A stretch of DNA of 64,000 nt, from positions 1-64,000 of the IMG/VR virus record IMGVR_UViG_3300048919_000123, one strand, 5' to 3'. Within the stretch, counting starts at the first letter, position 1, and every line of letters starts with the position of its first letter. The DNA comes from a virus. Positions 28,750 to 38,015 of the stretch are shown here, piece after piece. The notes beneath the pieces are model-generated. The model worked only from the letters and a program-made list of their open reading frames with translations, made no database searches and was not told where the DNA came from. Made by a program: the position numbers and the translations under genes.

Positions 28750-29925
28750 TTAGGCCTCGAGGCTCAGCACCGACCAGGCTTCGTCGTACAGACGGGTAGC
28801 CATTTCGCCATAGTCCACGCGGAAACCGGTGGCTTTGCGCATCACGAACTCTTCGATGGCGTCATACGCCGCCGAGATGTTCACGAAACGCTGGATGGCG
28901 TAGCGCGGGTCGAAGCCAACCAGCAGACCGGCGCCGAACATGTCTGGTTCGAACGGGGTGATGCGTGGTTGGGTCAGGCCCAGGTTCATGCCAGCCCACG
29001 GAGTGGCGATCTTCGAGTTGTCGGTGCCGGTGTTCTTCGGCGCCAGACCTTCGTCGACGTCCAGCGCGGTGTCGATGTCGGTCAACACCTGGCTGATGTT
29101 GGCGGTTTTGCGCATGCTGAACAGCCACTTGATGTAGGCACGCTTGGTGATCACGCCATCAGCAACGATGGACGAGTCAAACTGGCTGGCCTTCAGGATC
29201 GGCAGCGGATCCATGTCCAGGTCAGTATCGCCCAGAACCATGGATTTCAGTTGCTCACCTACGCGACGGATCTTGTCACCGCGCGACTGTGCTTCCATGA
29301 CGATACGCACCAGGTCGATGGTGGTAGCAGCCATGGCTTCGTTCGCGATCATCAGACCAATCGAATTGGTTGGGATCTTGAACGATTTTTGGCCGGTGCT
29401 GATGGAAACCATGGTTTCCGGCAGCGCCATCTGCACGATACGACCGCTGCGGCTGCCTTCAGGCGCCGAAGTGTCGATGATTGGCTGCTCAGCCTTCATG
29501 CCGTTGATGTTGCGACTGGTGGCAATGAAGGATTCCCAGATCGACAGGATGTCAGAACCGTCATCACGCAAGGTGTTGGCGTTCATGGTTTCCAGGATCA
29601 GCTGCGGGTACAGCAGGCGCGCGCCGAGGGAGCTGTCGTTGCCGTCCGGGCGACGGAAGCCGTCAGCCTGGGTCAGGCCGGCGATCTGTGCCATGGTCAG
29701 CGCTGGGCCAACACGCGAGTCCGCATCCATCATGCCGGCGTTGGTCATCATCTGGTCGATCGGGTCGCCCATGGTGACATCAAAGTCGGAAGCCAGGGTA
29801 CGGATGTACTGGCGAAGATCCATGCCAGCGGCAGCGGCCTGGGCGTAAAGCTCGACGTTCGCGTCGAGGCTCTTTTCAACCTGTTTGCCATTGTCGTTGG
29901 CGACGTATTTCAGGGTGCATTGCAT
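28750..29925 (-). CDS. major capsid protein
   Basis: ~391 aa after the protease and decoration genes, followed by a terminator; AAGGA RBS at ATG 29925. Confidence 0.85.
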   Translation of the reverse strand: MQCTLKYVANDNGKQVEKSLDANVELYAQAAAAGMDLRQYIRTLASDFDVTMGDPIDQMMTNAGMMDADSRVGPALTMAQIAGLTQADGFRRPDGNDSSLGARLLYPQLILETMNANTLRDDGSDILSIWESFIATSRNINGMKAEQPIIDTSAPEGSRSGRIVQMALPETMVSISTGQKSFKIPTNSIGLMIANEAMAATTIDLVRIVMEAQSRGDKIRRVGEQLKSMVLGDTDLDMDPLPILKASQFDSSIVADGVITKRAYIKWLFSMRKTANISQVLTDIDTALDVDEGLAPKNTGTDNSKIATPWAGMNLGLTQPRITPFEPDMFGAGLLVGFDPRYAIQRFVNISAAYDAIEEFVMRKATGFRVDYGEMATRLYDEAWSVLSLEA

Positions 29926-29962
29926 GATTTCGATTCCTTGAAAAATTGGTCGGATTCGGCGA

Positions 29963-30421
29963 TTAACCGACACGTTCCAGGAGGACAGTGGTGCCCGCGG
30001 CGCCGGTGGTGTACACGCGGATCACCTTGTATTTCCAGATTGCCGGGGTGCCTTTCTTCACCTGCGGCAGGCCCTTGGTGCCCAGAGCCAGCTGAGCGCC
30101 AGCAACCACCAGGTCGCCGAACACCAGCGGGGTAGCTACGCCAGCGGCAACCTGCGCTTCAACGCGGAAGCCGGTATCCGGACGCTGCACACCGCCGACA
30201 ACAAAACCATTGGCGGTAGGGCCCTGGTCGATGTTGTCGAGGAACCCTTCCAGCTCGTCACCGTCGGAGGCCAGCACGTAGTTGGACAGTGCGCCCATCT
30301 TCATTGCCTTGCCCACGTCCTTGTCGGTGTAGTTCTGGCCAGCGGCCGAACCCAACTTGGCGGTGACGACGTTCAGGCGCTCAGGAAGAACCACGAGCAC
30401 GTTGAATTTAAAGTCAGCCAT
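29963..30421 (-). CDS. head decoration protein
   Basis: 152 aa, beta-rich, between protease and capsid. Confidence 0.65.
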   Translation of the reverse strand: MADFKFNVLVVLPERLNVVTAKLGSAAGQNYTDKDVGKAMKMGALSNYVLASDGDELEGFLDNIDQGPTANGFVVGGVQRPDTGFRVEAQVAAGVATPLVFGDLVVAGAQLALGTKGLPQVKKGTPAIWKYKVIRVYTTGAAGTTVLLERVG

Positions 30422-30433
30422 GACTGATTCTCC

Positions 30434-31903
30434 TTACTTTTTCGCAGCGTTGAGTTGAGTAACTTTTTGGCGCAGGCCGGATGCGAGGGGCTGGGAGGCT
30501 TCCTCGATCGGGGTGTCTTTCGACTTCTGCTCGGTTGGGAACAGCTTGGCCATCTTGTTCTGCAGGTCGTTGAACTGCGTGATGATTTCAGAGGCCGAGT
30601 TTTTCTCAACCTGCGGGCTACCGGTGGCAACCTGCAGTTTTTTGACCGCTTGCTGAGCGACCACAATCAGGGTGTCAGTCTGACCTTTGGCCTCGGTGAG
30701 CGCGCTTTCGGCTTTGGCCAGTCGTTCGGTCAGATCTTCGACCTTGGCTTCCAGCTTGCCGTTTTCCTTGAGTGCGTTGGTCAAGGTTTTGGCGTCGAAA
30801 CCGGTGCCGGTGACTTCAGGGTCATCGCCGTTTTCTTTGTCCGCGGCTTCCTTGGCCAGGCGCTCAGCTTCAGCGTCGTCCTTTTCTTTCTGAGCAGCAG
30901 CTTCCTTATCGGCAGCTTCCTGCAGGGCAGCAACGTCTTTCTCGTACTGCGCCAGCTCAGCTTTGGTGAGCACGTCTTTTGGAGCCGCGCCCGCTTCGAT
31001 CTGAGCGAGTTTTGCTTCGGAGATCTTCATCTCGAATTTCCTTTTATCGCCAGTAGTGTTTGCGGACGCGCCGCTGTTAATGAGGTCATCCAGAGATGCA
31101 ATCCGGTCGACCAGCCCATTTTTCACGGCCTTCGCTGCGAAAAAGGTTTTACCGTCAGCCCAATCTTTGTAGTCGTCGAGACTCACCTTGCGCTGCGCGG
31201 AAATGTGGTTGAGGAAGAAGGCGTTGGTCTCCTTCAGATTTTCCTGAAGGTACTTCTTGTCCGACTCGCTCAGTTCCTCGTAGGGGTTGCCCACCGCCTT
31301 GAACTCACCTTCCTTGAGGACGGTGAATTTCATGCCGAAATTTTCTTCGGTGTTGGCCAGGGTGCGCACCACGGCGATCACGCCAATGGAGCCGACTTCG
31401 GCCATCTTGCTGGCTGTCACCCGGTCAGCGCTGGACATGATCCAGTAGCTGGCAGAGAACGACGCGCTGTCAGTGTGGGCGCGGATCTGCATGCCATTCT
31501 GTTGCATGCGGGCCATCTGCTCAGTCACGGTGTTCAGGCCGCTGACCGCGCCACCGCCACTGTTGTGGTCGAAGATCACGTCGGTGTGGCCCGACTCAGC
31601 CAGGATCGCCAGCGCGTCGTTGATCGCCTCGTAGCTGGTGATCTCACCGGGGAACCACTGGTGGTAGCGGCGGTACGACGGGGTCAGAGATCCGTGGATC
31701 TTCAGCACCGCAGTTTCACCTACTTTTTCCAGCAGATACAGGCCCTTACGGCGAGTATTTACACCGAAATCTGGGTCGAGTTCTTCGCGGTCTTCGTCAT
31801 ACGGGTAGTTGGAGTACGCCTCTTTGTCGAAGGTGTACTTCATCTCGTAGCTGCACCACGCCTCGTAGGCCTTCTCGTTGCCCAGCCAAATTTCTACTGC
31901 CAT
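30434..31903 (-). CDS. prohead protease (S49) fused to scaffold
   Basis: NSGGG, SASYWI and VGSIGV S49 motifs plus an acidic coiled-coil C-terminal half. Confidence 0.9.
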   Translation of the reverse strand: MAVEIWLGNEKAYEAWCSYEMKYTFDKEAYSNYPYDEDREELDPDFGVNTRRKGLYLLEKVGETAVLKIHGSLTPSYRRYHQWFPGEITSYEAINDALAILAESGHTDVIFDHNSGGGAVSGLNTVTEQMARMQQNGMQIRAHTDSASFSASYWIMSSADRVTASKMAEVGSIGVIAVVRTLANTEENFGMKFTVLKEGEFKAVGNPYEELSESDKKYLQENLKETNAFFLNHISAQRKVSLDDYKDWADGKTFFAAKAVKNGLVDRIASLDDLINSGASANTTGDKRKFEMKISEAKLAQIEAGAAPKDVLTKAELAQYEKDVAALQEAADKEAAAQKEKDDAEAERLAKEAADKENGDDPEVTGTGFDAKTLTNALKENGKLEAKVEDLTERLAKAESALTEAKGQTDTLIVVAQQAVKKLQVATGSPQVEKNSASEIITQFNDLQNKMAKLFPTEQKSKDTPIEEASQPLASGLRQKVTQLNAAKK

Positions 31904-31913
31904 GCCAGGCTCC

Positions 31914-33377
31914 TTATTGGTCTGCACCACCGGTCTGTGCCGGGGTGTCTGGCGCCAGTGCCGCGCCGGTCGATGATGTGCGATCGGTTGCCGTCGCGTC
32001 GGAGGCAGCCTTGGCGTAGAAGTGGGTTCCCGCCAGCAAAGCCTGCAATCCTTGAGGCCGGATGCCGAGTTCCCAGCAAGCGTGCGCGTCGTTGATCACA
32101 CCAAAGCTGAGCAGCTCCAGCACGCGCTTCTGGCGAGTGCCGAGGTAGGCTTCCAGCTCGATCTCCGGACGCAGGTTGATCGGTAAAAATTCGAAGGCGA
32201 CATAGCCGTCTACGCCATACAGCCGGCAGGCCAGGGTCAGCGCGCGGGACATCACCTCTTCCACCGGCGGGCGAGTGCCTTGCACCACCTGCAGGTAGAT
32301 CAGCGTCTCGGCATTGGACAGACCCTGGCCGCCCGATGCGCGCAGCCCGGACACAGAGGCCGGGGTCTTCAGCGAAGCACCGAGCATGTTGCCCAGCGTG
32401 GTCAGCATCGAGCTGTAGTCGGCCTTGTTGCCGCCGGTGTCCTTGACGTCGTAGACCACGCTGTCGTAGGTCACCACCGCATCTTCCGGCTCCAGGCCCG
32501 CCAGTGCTTCCTGCACTTCCTGCAGCACCTGGTTGAACAGCTCGCCCATTTTCTTCGGGTCGTTGCGGGTCTTCTCGTCGGCAGCCTTGCTGATCTTCTC
32601 GCTGACAATGGTCGCGATCAGACGGCTATGCCCGGTGCGGTTCAGCGCCCGGTGCATGTCTTCGATGAACCCGTTGAAGTTCATGACCTGTGACAGACCC
32701 GGGCGCAGCAAGCTGACCGAGTAGGCTTCGTCTGGGTTGCGGTTATGTTCGGAGATGAACACCGTGGGGATGTTCAGAACAATGTCACCGCCGTCCTGAG
32801 TGGGGTAGCGCCCTCCTTGGCCATCAGCTTCCCATTCCACTGTCGAGTAACCGATCGGCACCAGCCGCTCGGGCCCGAACTCTGCATCCAGCACAAGCTC
32901 AAGACCACAACCCCCTGTCGTGATCACATCCGTTTGAGTGCTCGACAACAGCGACTGCATCCCTGGCTTATCGTTGTATCCCTTGCTGTAATCATGCAGC
33001 GTCGAGAATCGATCCATGATGCTGTAAGCCAGTGCCATGACCTCGGTGCTCATCATGCCCGTGGAGTCATAGCCGGCGAGTCTGAAGCCTGCACCTACCG
33101 AGATGGCCGCCATCGAGTTCGCCGCCGAGCTGAACATCCCGTCTTCACGGGTCAGCAGGCGGATGATTTCGTTGACGTCGGTGCGGGAGCTGATGTTGTT
33201 GATCGCGTTCTGGTTGAACGTTTTCAACGTGTTGGTGATTGCAGACCCTTTTTTCTGGTCTGAGCCTGGGCGCTTGGCACGCGCTTTACCTGCGAGATTT
33301 CGGGTCGGCAAGATCACGTCGGCACCCGTCGCGGCGTACCTCGATCCTTTCGTGCCCGGTGTCTGCTTGGTAGCCAT
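31914..33377 (-). CDS. portal protein
   Basis: 487 aa between terminase and protease. Confidence 0.8.
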   Translation of the reverse strand: MATKQTPGTKGSRYAATGADVILPTRNLAGKARAKRPGSDQKKGSAITNTLKTFNQNAINNISSRTDVNEIIRLLTREDGMFSSAANSMAAISVGAGFRLAGYDSTGMMSTEVMALAYSIMDRFSTLHDYSKGYNDKPGMQSLLSSTQTDVITTGGCGLELVLDAEFGPERLVPIGYSTVEWEADGQGGRYPTQDGGDIVLNIPTVFISEHNRNPDEAYSVSLLRPGLSQVMNFNGFIEDMHRALNRTGHSRLIATIVSEKISKAADEKTRNDPKKMGELFNQVLQEVQEALAGLEPEDAVVTYDSVVYDVKDTGGNKADYSSMLTTLGNMLGASLKTPASVSGLRASGGQGLSNAETLIYLQVVQGTRPPVEEVMSRALTLACRLYGVDGYVAFEFLPINLRPEIELEAYLGTRQKRVLELLSFGVINDAHACWELGIRPQGLQALLAGTHFYAKAASDATATDRTSSTGAALAPDTPAQTGGADQ

Positions 33378-33406
33378 GCCGTATCGTCTTCCCTAGAGAT
33401 GGCGCG

Positions 33407-33436
33407 AGTTTAGTTGGCCAACGGCCTGAAATACAA
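33407..33436 (-). promoter_or_regulatory. sigma70-like promoter of the head operon
   Basis: TTGTAT-18 bp-TAAACT on the - strand. Confidence 0.45.
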
Positions 33437-33493
33437 GGGTTCTTTTCTCGCTACTTAACGCGATACTTGAAGTACATAGGGATAACTCGCTGC

Positions 33494-35287
33494 TTAGCGA
33501 GTTATCCCCTTGCGTTTAGCAAACCCGAACATTCCCTGCAGGACGTGCTGGATCTCACCCTCTTCCGGCTTTTCCACCACAGCGCTGCCGAGTTTCACCT
33601 TCGACGTGCCTGGCATCACGCCGACCACGCTGTGGTCTTCGAACTGGTCGCAGGCGATGGCCGCGATGTTGGCGTAGTTCAGCGCGTGCACCCAGTGATC
33701 CTGCTTGTTGGTCTTGATGAACTTCTCGGTGATCTGCCCATCGTTGCCGCGCTCGCGCACCTTCTTGGTGGTCTCCAGATGCTTGAACAGCTCGATGCGC
33801 AAATCATCCCTGTGCGGGTAGTGGCACTCGCCCGCGTTGTGCTGGTTCAGCAGCAGGGTCAGGGTCTTCGTCCGGTCAGCGTTGATCACCTCGCCCTCGG
33901 TCTTCTCCACGATCGGCAGGAAGCCTGGCAGGTTGCTGACGTAGACCACCGCCTGGATGCCGTGGCGCGCGTTCACCAGCATGTTCACCAGTGTGATGTC
34001 GGGGCCGGCGTCGATGCACAGCTTGCGCATGTTGAAGAAGTCGTAGCGCTCCAGCACCTTCTCGTAGGCGGGGTCGCTTTTGGTGTTGGCGATCTTCTCC
34101 ATCCACACGACGTGCCAGCCACCCGGCACCTTCACCTTCACCACGAAGTGCAGGATCTTGCCGATGTCCATGCCGCCGACGGTGCCGCACGGGATGATGC
34201 ACTGGTTGAAGATCCACAGGTCGACGTCACAGGTCTTGGTGCGGTGCTCGGCGGTGACGATGAAGCTGTTTTCCGAGTCGGAGAAGGGCAGCCCGAGCAC
34301 GAAGTTGAAGAAGTCGGACTTCAGCGGGTAGGCCTCGAACTGGGCGAAGATGTTCGGCGGCGTGTTGTACTTCGGCACGTCCCACGGGTTCACCTGGTAG
34401 CTGTGGTTCCAGTTGTCCGGCTTCTTCGCCACCCACTGGCGCCGCGCCGGGTTGACCAGCGATGGCCACAGATCCTTGTGGCAGGACGGGCAGCGCATCC
34501 ACGCTGTCTGCACGTCGATGCGTTCGTCATCGAGGTTGTCCCGGCCGAACTCCAGCAGCGACTTGTCCCAGCCTGGCAGGATCATATCTTCGAGGAAACT
34601 CGGGTTCACCCAGGTCTCGCAGCGCTCGCACTTGCACATGTAGTAACGCTGGTCGCCGGCCTGAAAGCCGACGTCGATGCCGAAGCCATCCACCGTCGGC
34701 GTGGAGAATCGATAGCGGTAGCCACGGTTGCCTTGGGCATCGACGGTCTTGGCGTGTCGGATACGGGAGTTCAGCTTGCCGAGCACGACCTCGTTGGAGA
34801 AGTCGGTTTCGTCGGAGATGATCATCTCGGCCGGTACGGAAATCGCCGCGTTGGCGCCGTAGGTGCCGATGATGTACAGGAAGTTGCGGCCGATCTTCTT
34901 CATGCCCGCCGCGTCGGAGCCGGCCTTGACCAGCGCCGAGTAGAACTCGCTCTGCTCCACGGCGCCGTCGATCCGGTCTTTGGAAAACTTGGTGGCCATC
35001 TCCTTGGTCGGCTGGCTGAACATCACCCGGATGTTCTTCATCACCGCAAGGATCGCCAGGGTCTTCTGCACCATCATCTCGGTCAGGCCGACCTGCGAGC
35101 ACTTGCGCACGTCGATCCGCTGCGAGGTGTCCTTCACGATATCGATCTGAAATTCGTGGTCGTCGAAGGAGAACTTCTCCCCCTCGACCATCCCGTATTT
35201 CAAGATGGTCTGATCCAGTTCCTTCATGCCCTCTTCGCGGCTGAGGGCCATTCTGAACCGTTCTGCTACCGATCCCTGGTCGCTCAA
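33494..35287 (-). CDS. terL: terminase large subunit (lambda gpA-like)
   Basis: KCSQVGLTE Walker A variant, IISDE Walker B, FSTPT, Cys pairs, GGMDIG nuclease and DHWVHA. Confidence 0.92.
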   Translation of the reverse strand: MSDQGSVAERFRMALSREEGMKELDQTILKYGMVEGEKFSFDDHEFQIDIVKDTSQRIDVRKCSQVGLTEMMVQKTLAILAVMKNIRVMFSQPTKEMATKFSKDRIDGAVEQSEFYSALVKAGSDAAGMKKIGRNFLYIIGTYGANAAISVPAEMIISDETDFSNEVVLGKLNSRIRHAKTVDAQGNRGYRYRFSTPTVDGFGIDVGFQAGDQRYYMCKCERCETWVNPSFLEDMILPGWDKSLLEFGRDNLDDERIDVQTAWMRCPSCHKDLWPSLVNPARRQWVAKKPDNWNHSYQVNPWDVPKYNTPPNIFAQFEAYPLKSDFFNFVLGLPFSDSENSFIVTAEHRTKTCDVDLWIFNQCIIPCGTVGGMDIGKILHFVVKVKVPGGWHVVWMEKIANTKSDPAYEKVLERYDFFNMRKLCIDAGPDITLVNMLVNARHGIQAVVYVSNLPGFLPIVEKTEGEVINADRTKTLTLLLNQHNAGECHYPHRDDLRIELFKHLETTKKVRERGNDGQITEKFIKTNKQDHWVHALNYANIAAIACDQFEDHSVVGVMPGTSKVKLGSAVVEKPEEGEIQHVLQGMFGFAKRKGITR

Positions 35288-35292
35288 AGTCG

Positions 35293-35721
35293 TTATTCCT
35301 TTGGAGGTCTTGGCTGAGGCTCTCGGTGGAGAATGCCGGTGGGTTCACCCATCAGGGCGAAGGGTGCTTTACTCAAGAATCCGCCGCAGGCGTACCCTTC
35401 CTTTAGCTTTTGCGAGATGAAGTCGATGTCGAGCTGCGACACACTTGACCGGTGTCTGCTCAGGATCTCGGTCACTTCGGCGACGTCGTCCTGCATCTTG
35501 CGCTGTTTGATCTCGTTCAGCTCGTAGGACGCCACCTTGGCTTTGAGCATCGCCATCTGCTCGGACATCGCCTGAAGGATCTCCGGGGTGATCTCCTGGT
35601 ACTGGGTGCCCGCGTCGATGGTGTCGCTGTAGCGCCGCCCCGGGTAGATAATTGGCCCGACCTCGACGAACAGCTTGCGACCGAACAGCCCGCCGGTCTT
35701 GAATCGCCCTGTCCATTTCAT
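35293..35721 (-). CDS. hypothetical protein
   Basis: MKWTGRF... start overlaps the upstream stop (ATGA); the longer 295-aa ORF call overlaps another gene. Confidence 0.7.
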   Translation of the reverse strand: MKWTGRFKTGGLFGRKLFVEVGPIIYPGRRYSDTIDAGTQYQEITPEILQAMSEQMAMLKAKVASYELNEIKQRKMQDDVAEVTEILSRHRSSVSQLDIDFISQKLKEGYACGGFLSKAPFALMGEPTGILHREPQPRPPKE

Positions 35722-36356
35722 TTGAGTTCCCTCGCGGCTTTGCGCTCTTCTTCCTCGAGGAGCAGCAGCACCTCGTCCTGTTTGTCCCGGGGCAGCGACT
35801 CCACCACCTTCATCAGGCTCATCTCCAGGCGCTGCACGCGAGCCAGGGTGATGACCTTCGGCAGATCCTTGACCAGCATGCCGATCACTTTCATGGACAT
35901 ATTCAGCGCGTCCTTCACGCCGATGTCCAGACCGTGGTTGTGTTTGGCAGTGCCGTCCGGGTTCACCACTCGTTGGCACACCGCGTCGATCAGCGCCAGC
36001 TGCTGCTTGAACGTGACCAGCACCGACGCATCCAGCCCGGCCATCTGCGCCACCAGCGCGCGCTTGCTGCTGGCCGGCATGGCTTCGATCAGGTGCAGCA
36101 GCACCGGCTCGGGCAGCATGTCGTTCTTCATCTGCATGCAGATCAGTTCGATGGCGTCGAACGCTTCCCGGTCGCCCCATTTGAGCGTGGCCATGTTCGT
36201 GACTTCCACCGGCCGCGCCATCGGCTTATACGTCTTCGGGTGCACGCTGTCTGGCGCCAAGGCTTCAGGGGTCGGATCCCAGCCAGGGTCTCCCTCACCG
36301 AGGGTGATGCCTGGCGTGGCTGGATCAGATGTCGTGGCAATGCGTCGGCTGGCCAT
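35718..36356 (-). CDS. putative terminase small subunit
   Basis: Helical 212 aa, two genes upstream of terL; assignment by position only. Confidence 0.45.
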   Translation of the reverse strand: MASRRIATTSDPATPGITLGEGDPGWDPTPEALAPDSVHPKTYKPMARPVEVTNMATLKWGDREAFDAIELICMQMKNDMLPEPVLLHLIEAMPASSKRALVAQMAGLDASVLVTFKQQLALIDAVCQRVVNPDGTAKHNHGLDIGVKDALNMSMKVIGMLVKDLPKVITLARVQRLEMSLMKVVESLPRDKQDEVLLLLEEEERKAARELK

Positions 36357-36646
36357 CAGTAATCAACCTCCACCACCAGCAGTTTGGAGGGGGTGAAGTG
36401 CAGCAGCTCTCGGCTCGGGATCACCACTGGGCTGCCCTGGATTGGCTTGGTGTTGACCCGGGCCTTGTGGTGGCGCATCTCGAACTTGCCGAACTCGCGC
36501 AGGGTGAGTTTGTCGCGGTCGGTGGCCAGCTGAACGATTCCCTGCAGGACGGTTTCGACGTAGACCTTCGCTTCCTTCTTGGTGATCTGGCAGTTTTCGG
36601 CCACCAGCGCGATCAGGTCTTGGATGTTGGCAGTTGGGCTTGGCAT
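36356..36646 (-). CDS. HU/IHF-family DNA-binding protein
   Basis: LIALVA...ITKKEA..VETVL...LREFGKFE...KAR...F.PSKLL family pattern. Confidence 0.9.
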   Translation of the reverse strand: MPSPTANIQDLIALVAENCQITKKEAKVYVETVLQGIVQLATDRDKLTLREFGKFEMRHHKARVNTKPIQGSPVVIPSRELLHFTPSKLLVVEVDY

Positions 36647-36795
36647 GGTCTGGAATCCGTTCGTTGAAAGAGGCGTCGGCGAGGGCTTCTTGCCCCGTTA
36701 CAGCACACGTTGGCCGTTATCCGTGGGTCTATCGAGGATGAGGTAACTCTGGGTCACGGGCCGACTTAACTCGGAGATTAGCGGGGTTTTGAGGC

Positions 36796-36828
36796 AAAAG
36801 AAAGCCCCGCTTTACGGGCGGGGCTTTC
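36796..36828 (-). terminator. intrinsic terminator of the tRNA transcript
   Basis: 11-bp stem GAAAGCCCCGC/GCGGGGCTTTC followed by TTTT on the - strand. Confidence 0.85.
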
Positions 36829-36829
36829 A

Positions 36830-37035
36830 GTGTGTCAGTGACCAGGTGCCTCGCAGCGCTGTCGGGTGTGGTCGGGTAGCTACTCCTCCCATACTGTGCC
36901 GAAGCTTACTGTGCCCGCGGCTTACTGCGCGCTTTCCTGATCTACCGCACTTCAGTCCAGGTCGCCGGTGCCATTTCATCTCCGGCTTTGGGGCATACAC
37001 CCTGCGCAATGGCTGACGCTTTCAACCTGGAACTC
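36830..37035 (-). ncRNA. candidate structured ncRNA downstream of tRNA-Gln
   Basis: Two multi-helix domains found by eye, with loop-loop complementarity GCCAUU/AAUGGC; bounded by the tRNA CCA and a terminator. Confidence 0.5.
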
Positions 37036-37114
37036 TGGAAGAGGGTCAAGGATTCGAACCTTGGATAGCCGGTGTCAAAGACCGGTGCCTTAAGCCAGAC
37101 TTGGCGAACCCTCT
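37036..37114 (-). tRNA. trnQ: tRNA-Gln(UUG)
   Basis: Cloverleaf: acceptor AGAGGGT/ACCCTCT, anticodon arm CCGGT-CTTTGAC-ACCGG, T arm CAAGG-TTCGAAT-CCTTG, encoded CCA. Confidence 0.93.
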
Positions 37115-37185
37115 GAAATTTGTTGAGACATCCTTGTCTCACGAAACCGTCCTGCCCACTCGCAACTCGCCTTGGAGTAGCCCGG

Positions 37186-37214
37186 AGATTAGCGAGATTA
37201 CTTGCAGTCGTCAA
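37186..37214 (-). promoter_or_regulatory. sigma70 promoter for the tRNA/ncRNA transcript
   Basis: TTGACG-17 bp-TAATCT. Confidence 0.7.
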
Positions 37215-37860
37215 TATCTCGTTCGGCTTGCGAGCGCTCATCAATGACTGCCCCGGCCAGCACTTGTGCCTGGCTGCGCGAGTCGATCTCACCGTCAGTG
37301 ATCTTCGCTTGGCTGATCGTGCAGTTCTGCCGGCCGTACTCGCTCAGCGAGCCGTCGGCATTGAAGGCCTTTCCTATTTCGAACTCGAAGGGCTTCACGA
37401 TCACCTGGTGCGCCAGCGAGGATTCTTCCACCGGACGCTCGGACACCGACCCACTGAACGCCGATCGCAGGATATGCAGCCCTCCAATGATCGAGTTCCG
37501 CGCCAGCCAGGCAGCGGACTGATCCACACCGTCGTACTTGTCGAGCATCTCGATATCGGTGTACAGCGTCCGGAACTTTTCCTCGAGCTCGTCCACCCGC
37601 TGGCGGCGTACTTCGTGGAAGCGCGCACGGTCGCTCAGATCCGCTTCGCCGATCAGATGGTCTGGCAGCCGGCCCGACTCACGGAGTTCTTCACCCAGTG
37701 GCGTGTCGCGGATCGCCGTGGCGATCTCGTTCAGCCCGGTCTTCACATCTTCCAGGCTGATACCCACCTCAAACCCCGAGGCGTAGGTTTGCCCGCTTTC
37801 GCTGGTGCCGAGCACGATTCGGCCCACGATCTGGTCAGGTCGGTCATTGGATTGGCTCAT
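37198..37860 (-). CDS. hypothetical protein
   Basis: MSQSNDRP... start with AGGAG RBS, 220 aa. Confidence 0.75.
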   Translation of the reverse strand: MSQSNDRPDQIVGRIVLGTSESGQTYASGFEVGISLEDVKTGLNEIATAIRDTPLGEELRESGRLPDHLIGEADLSDRARFHEVRRQRVDELEEKFRTLYTDIEMLDKYDGVDQSAAWLARNSIIGGLHILRSAFSGSVSERPVEESSLAHQVIVKPFEFEIGKAFNADGSLSEYGRQNCTISQAKITDGEIDSRSQAQVLAGAVIDERSQAERDIDDCK

Positions 37861-38014
37861 TGGTCTTCTCCTTTTTGCTCCCGCCACGCAGCCAGTAACC
37901 GGCAAAGAAGCACACGGTGAAGGCAATGAAGTGGGTGTAGTTGAGGGTCGGCAGCCAGGCCGCGATGGCGTAGACCACGGCGATCAGGGTGTCTTGAACG
38001 GGTACGTCTTCCAT
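37844..38014 (-). CDS. small membrane protein
   Basis: MEDVPVQDTLIAVVYAIAAWL...FIAFTVCFFAGYWL, hydrophobic, 56 aa. Confidence 0.6.
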   Translation of the reverse strand: MEDVPVQDTLIAVVYAIAAWLPTLNYTHFIAFTVCFFAGYWLRGGSKKEKTNEPIQ

Positions 38015-38015
38015 G

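Noticed and set aside
12290-35317. Long + strand ORFs over the late genes (e.g. 12290-13849, 19919-21715, 30455-32095, 33467-35317)
   Set aside because: Antisense shadows of GC3-rich real genes; no RBS or recognisable motifs
35722-36180. N-terminal extension of the 295-aa ORF 35293-36180
   Set aside because: Low-complexity off-frame reading of the 35718-36356 gene; the real start is probably 35721
36827-37009. 60-aa basic ORF after the tRNA
   Set aside because: TTG start and no recognisable fold. An internal ATG with GGAG exists, so it is not excluded, but RNA structure explains the region better
36770-37197. Repeated CGCTAATCTCCG as a phage-specific late promoter
   Set aside because: Explained adequately as a sigma70-type -10 (TAATCT) with a GC-rich discriminator; only two exact copies
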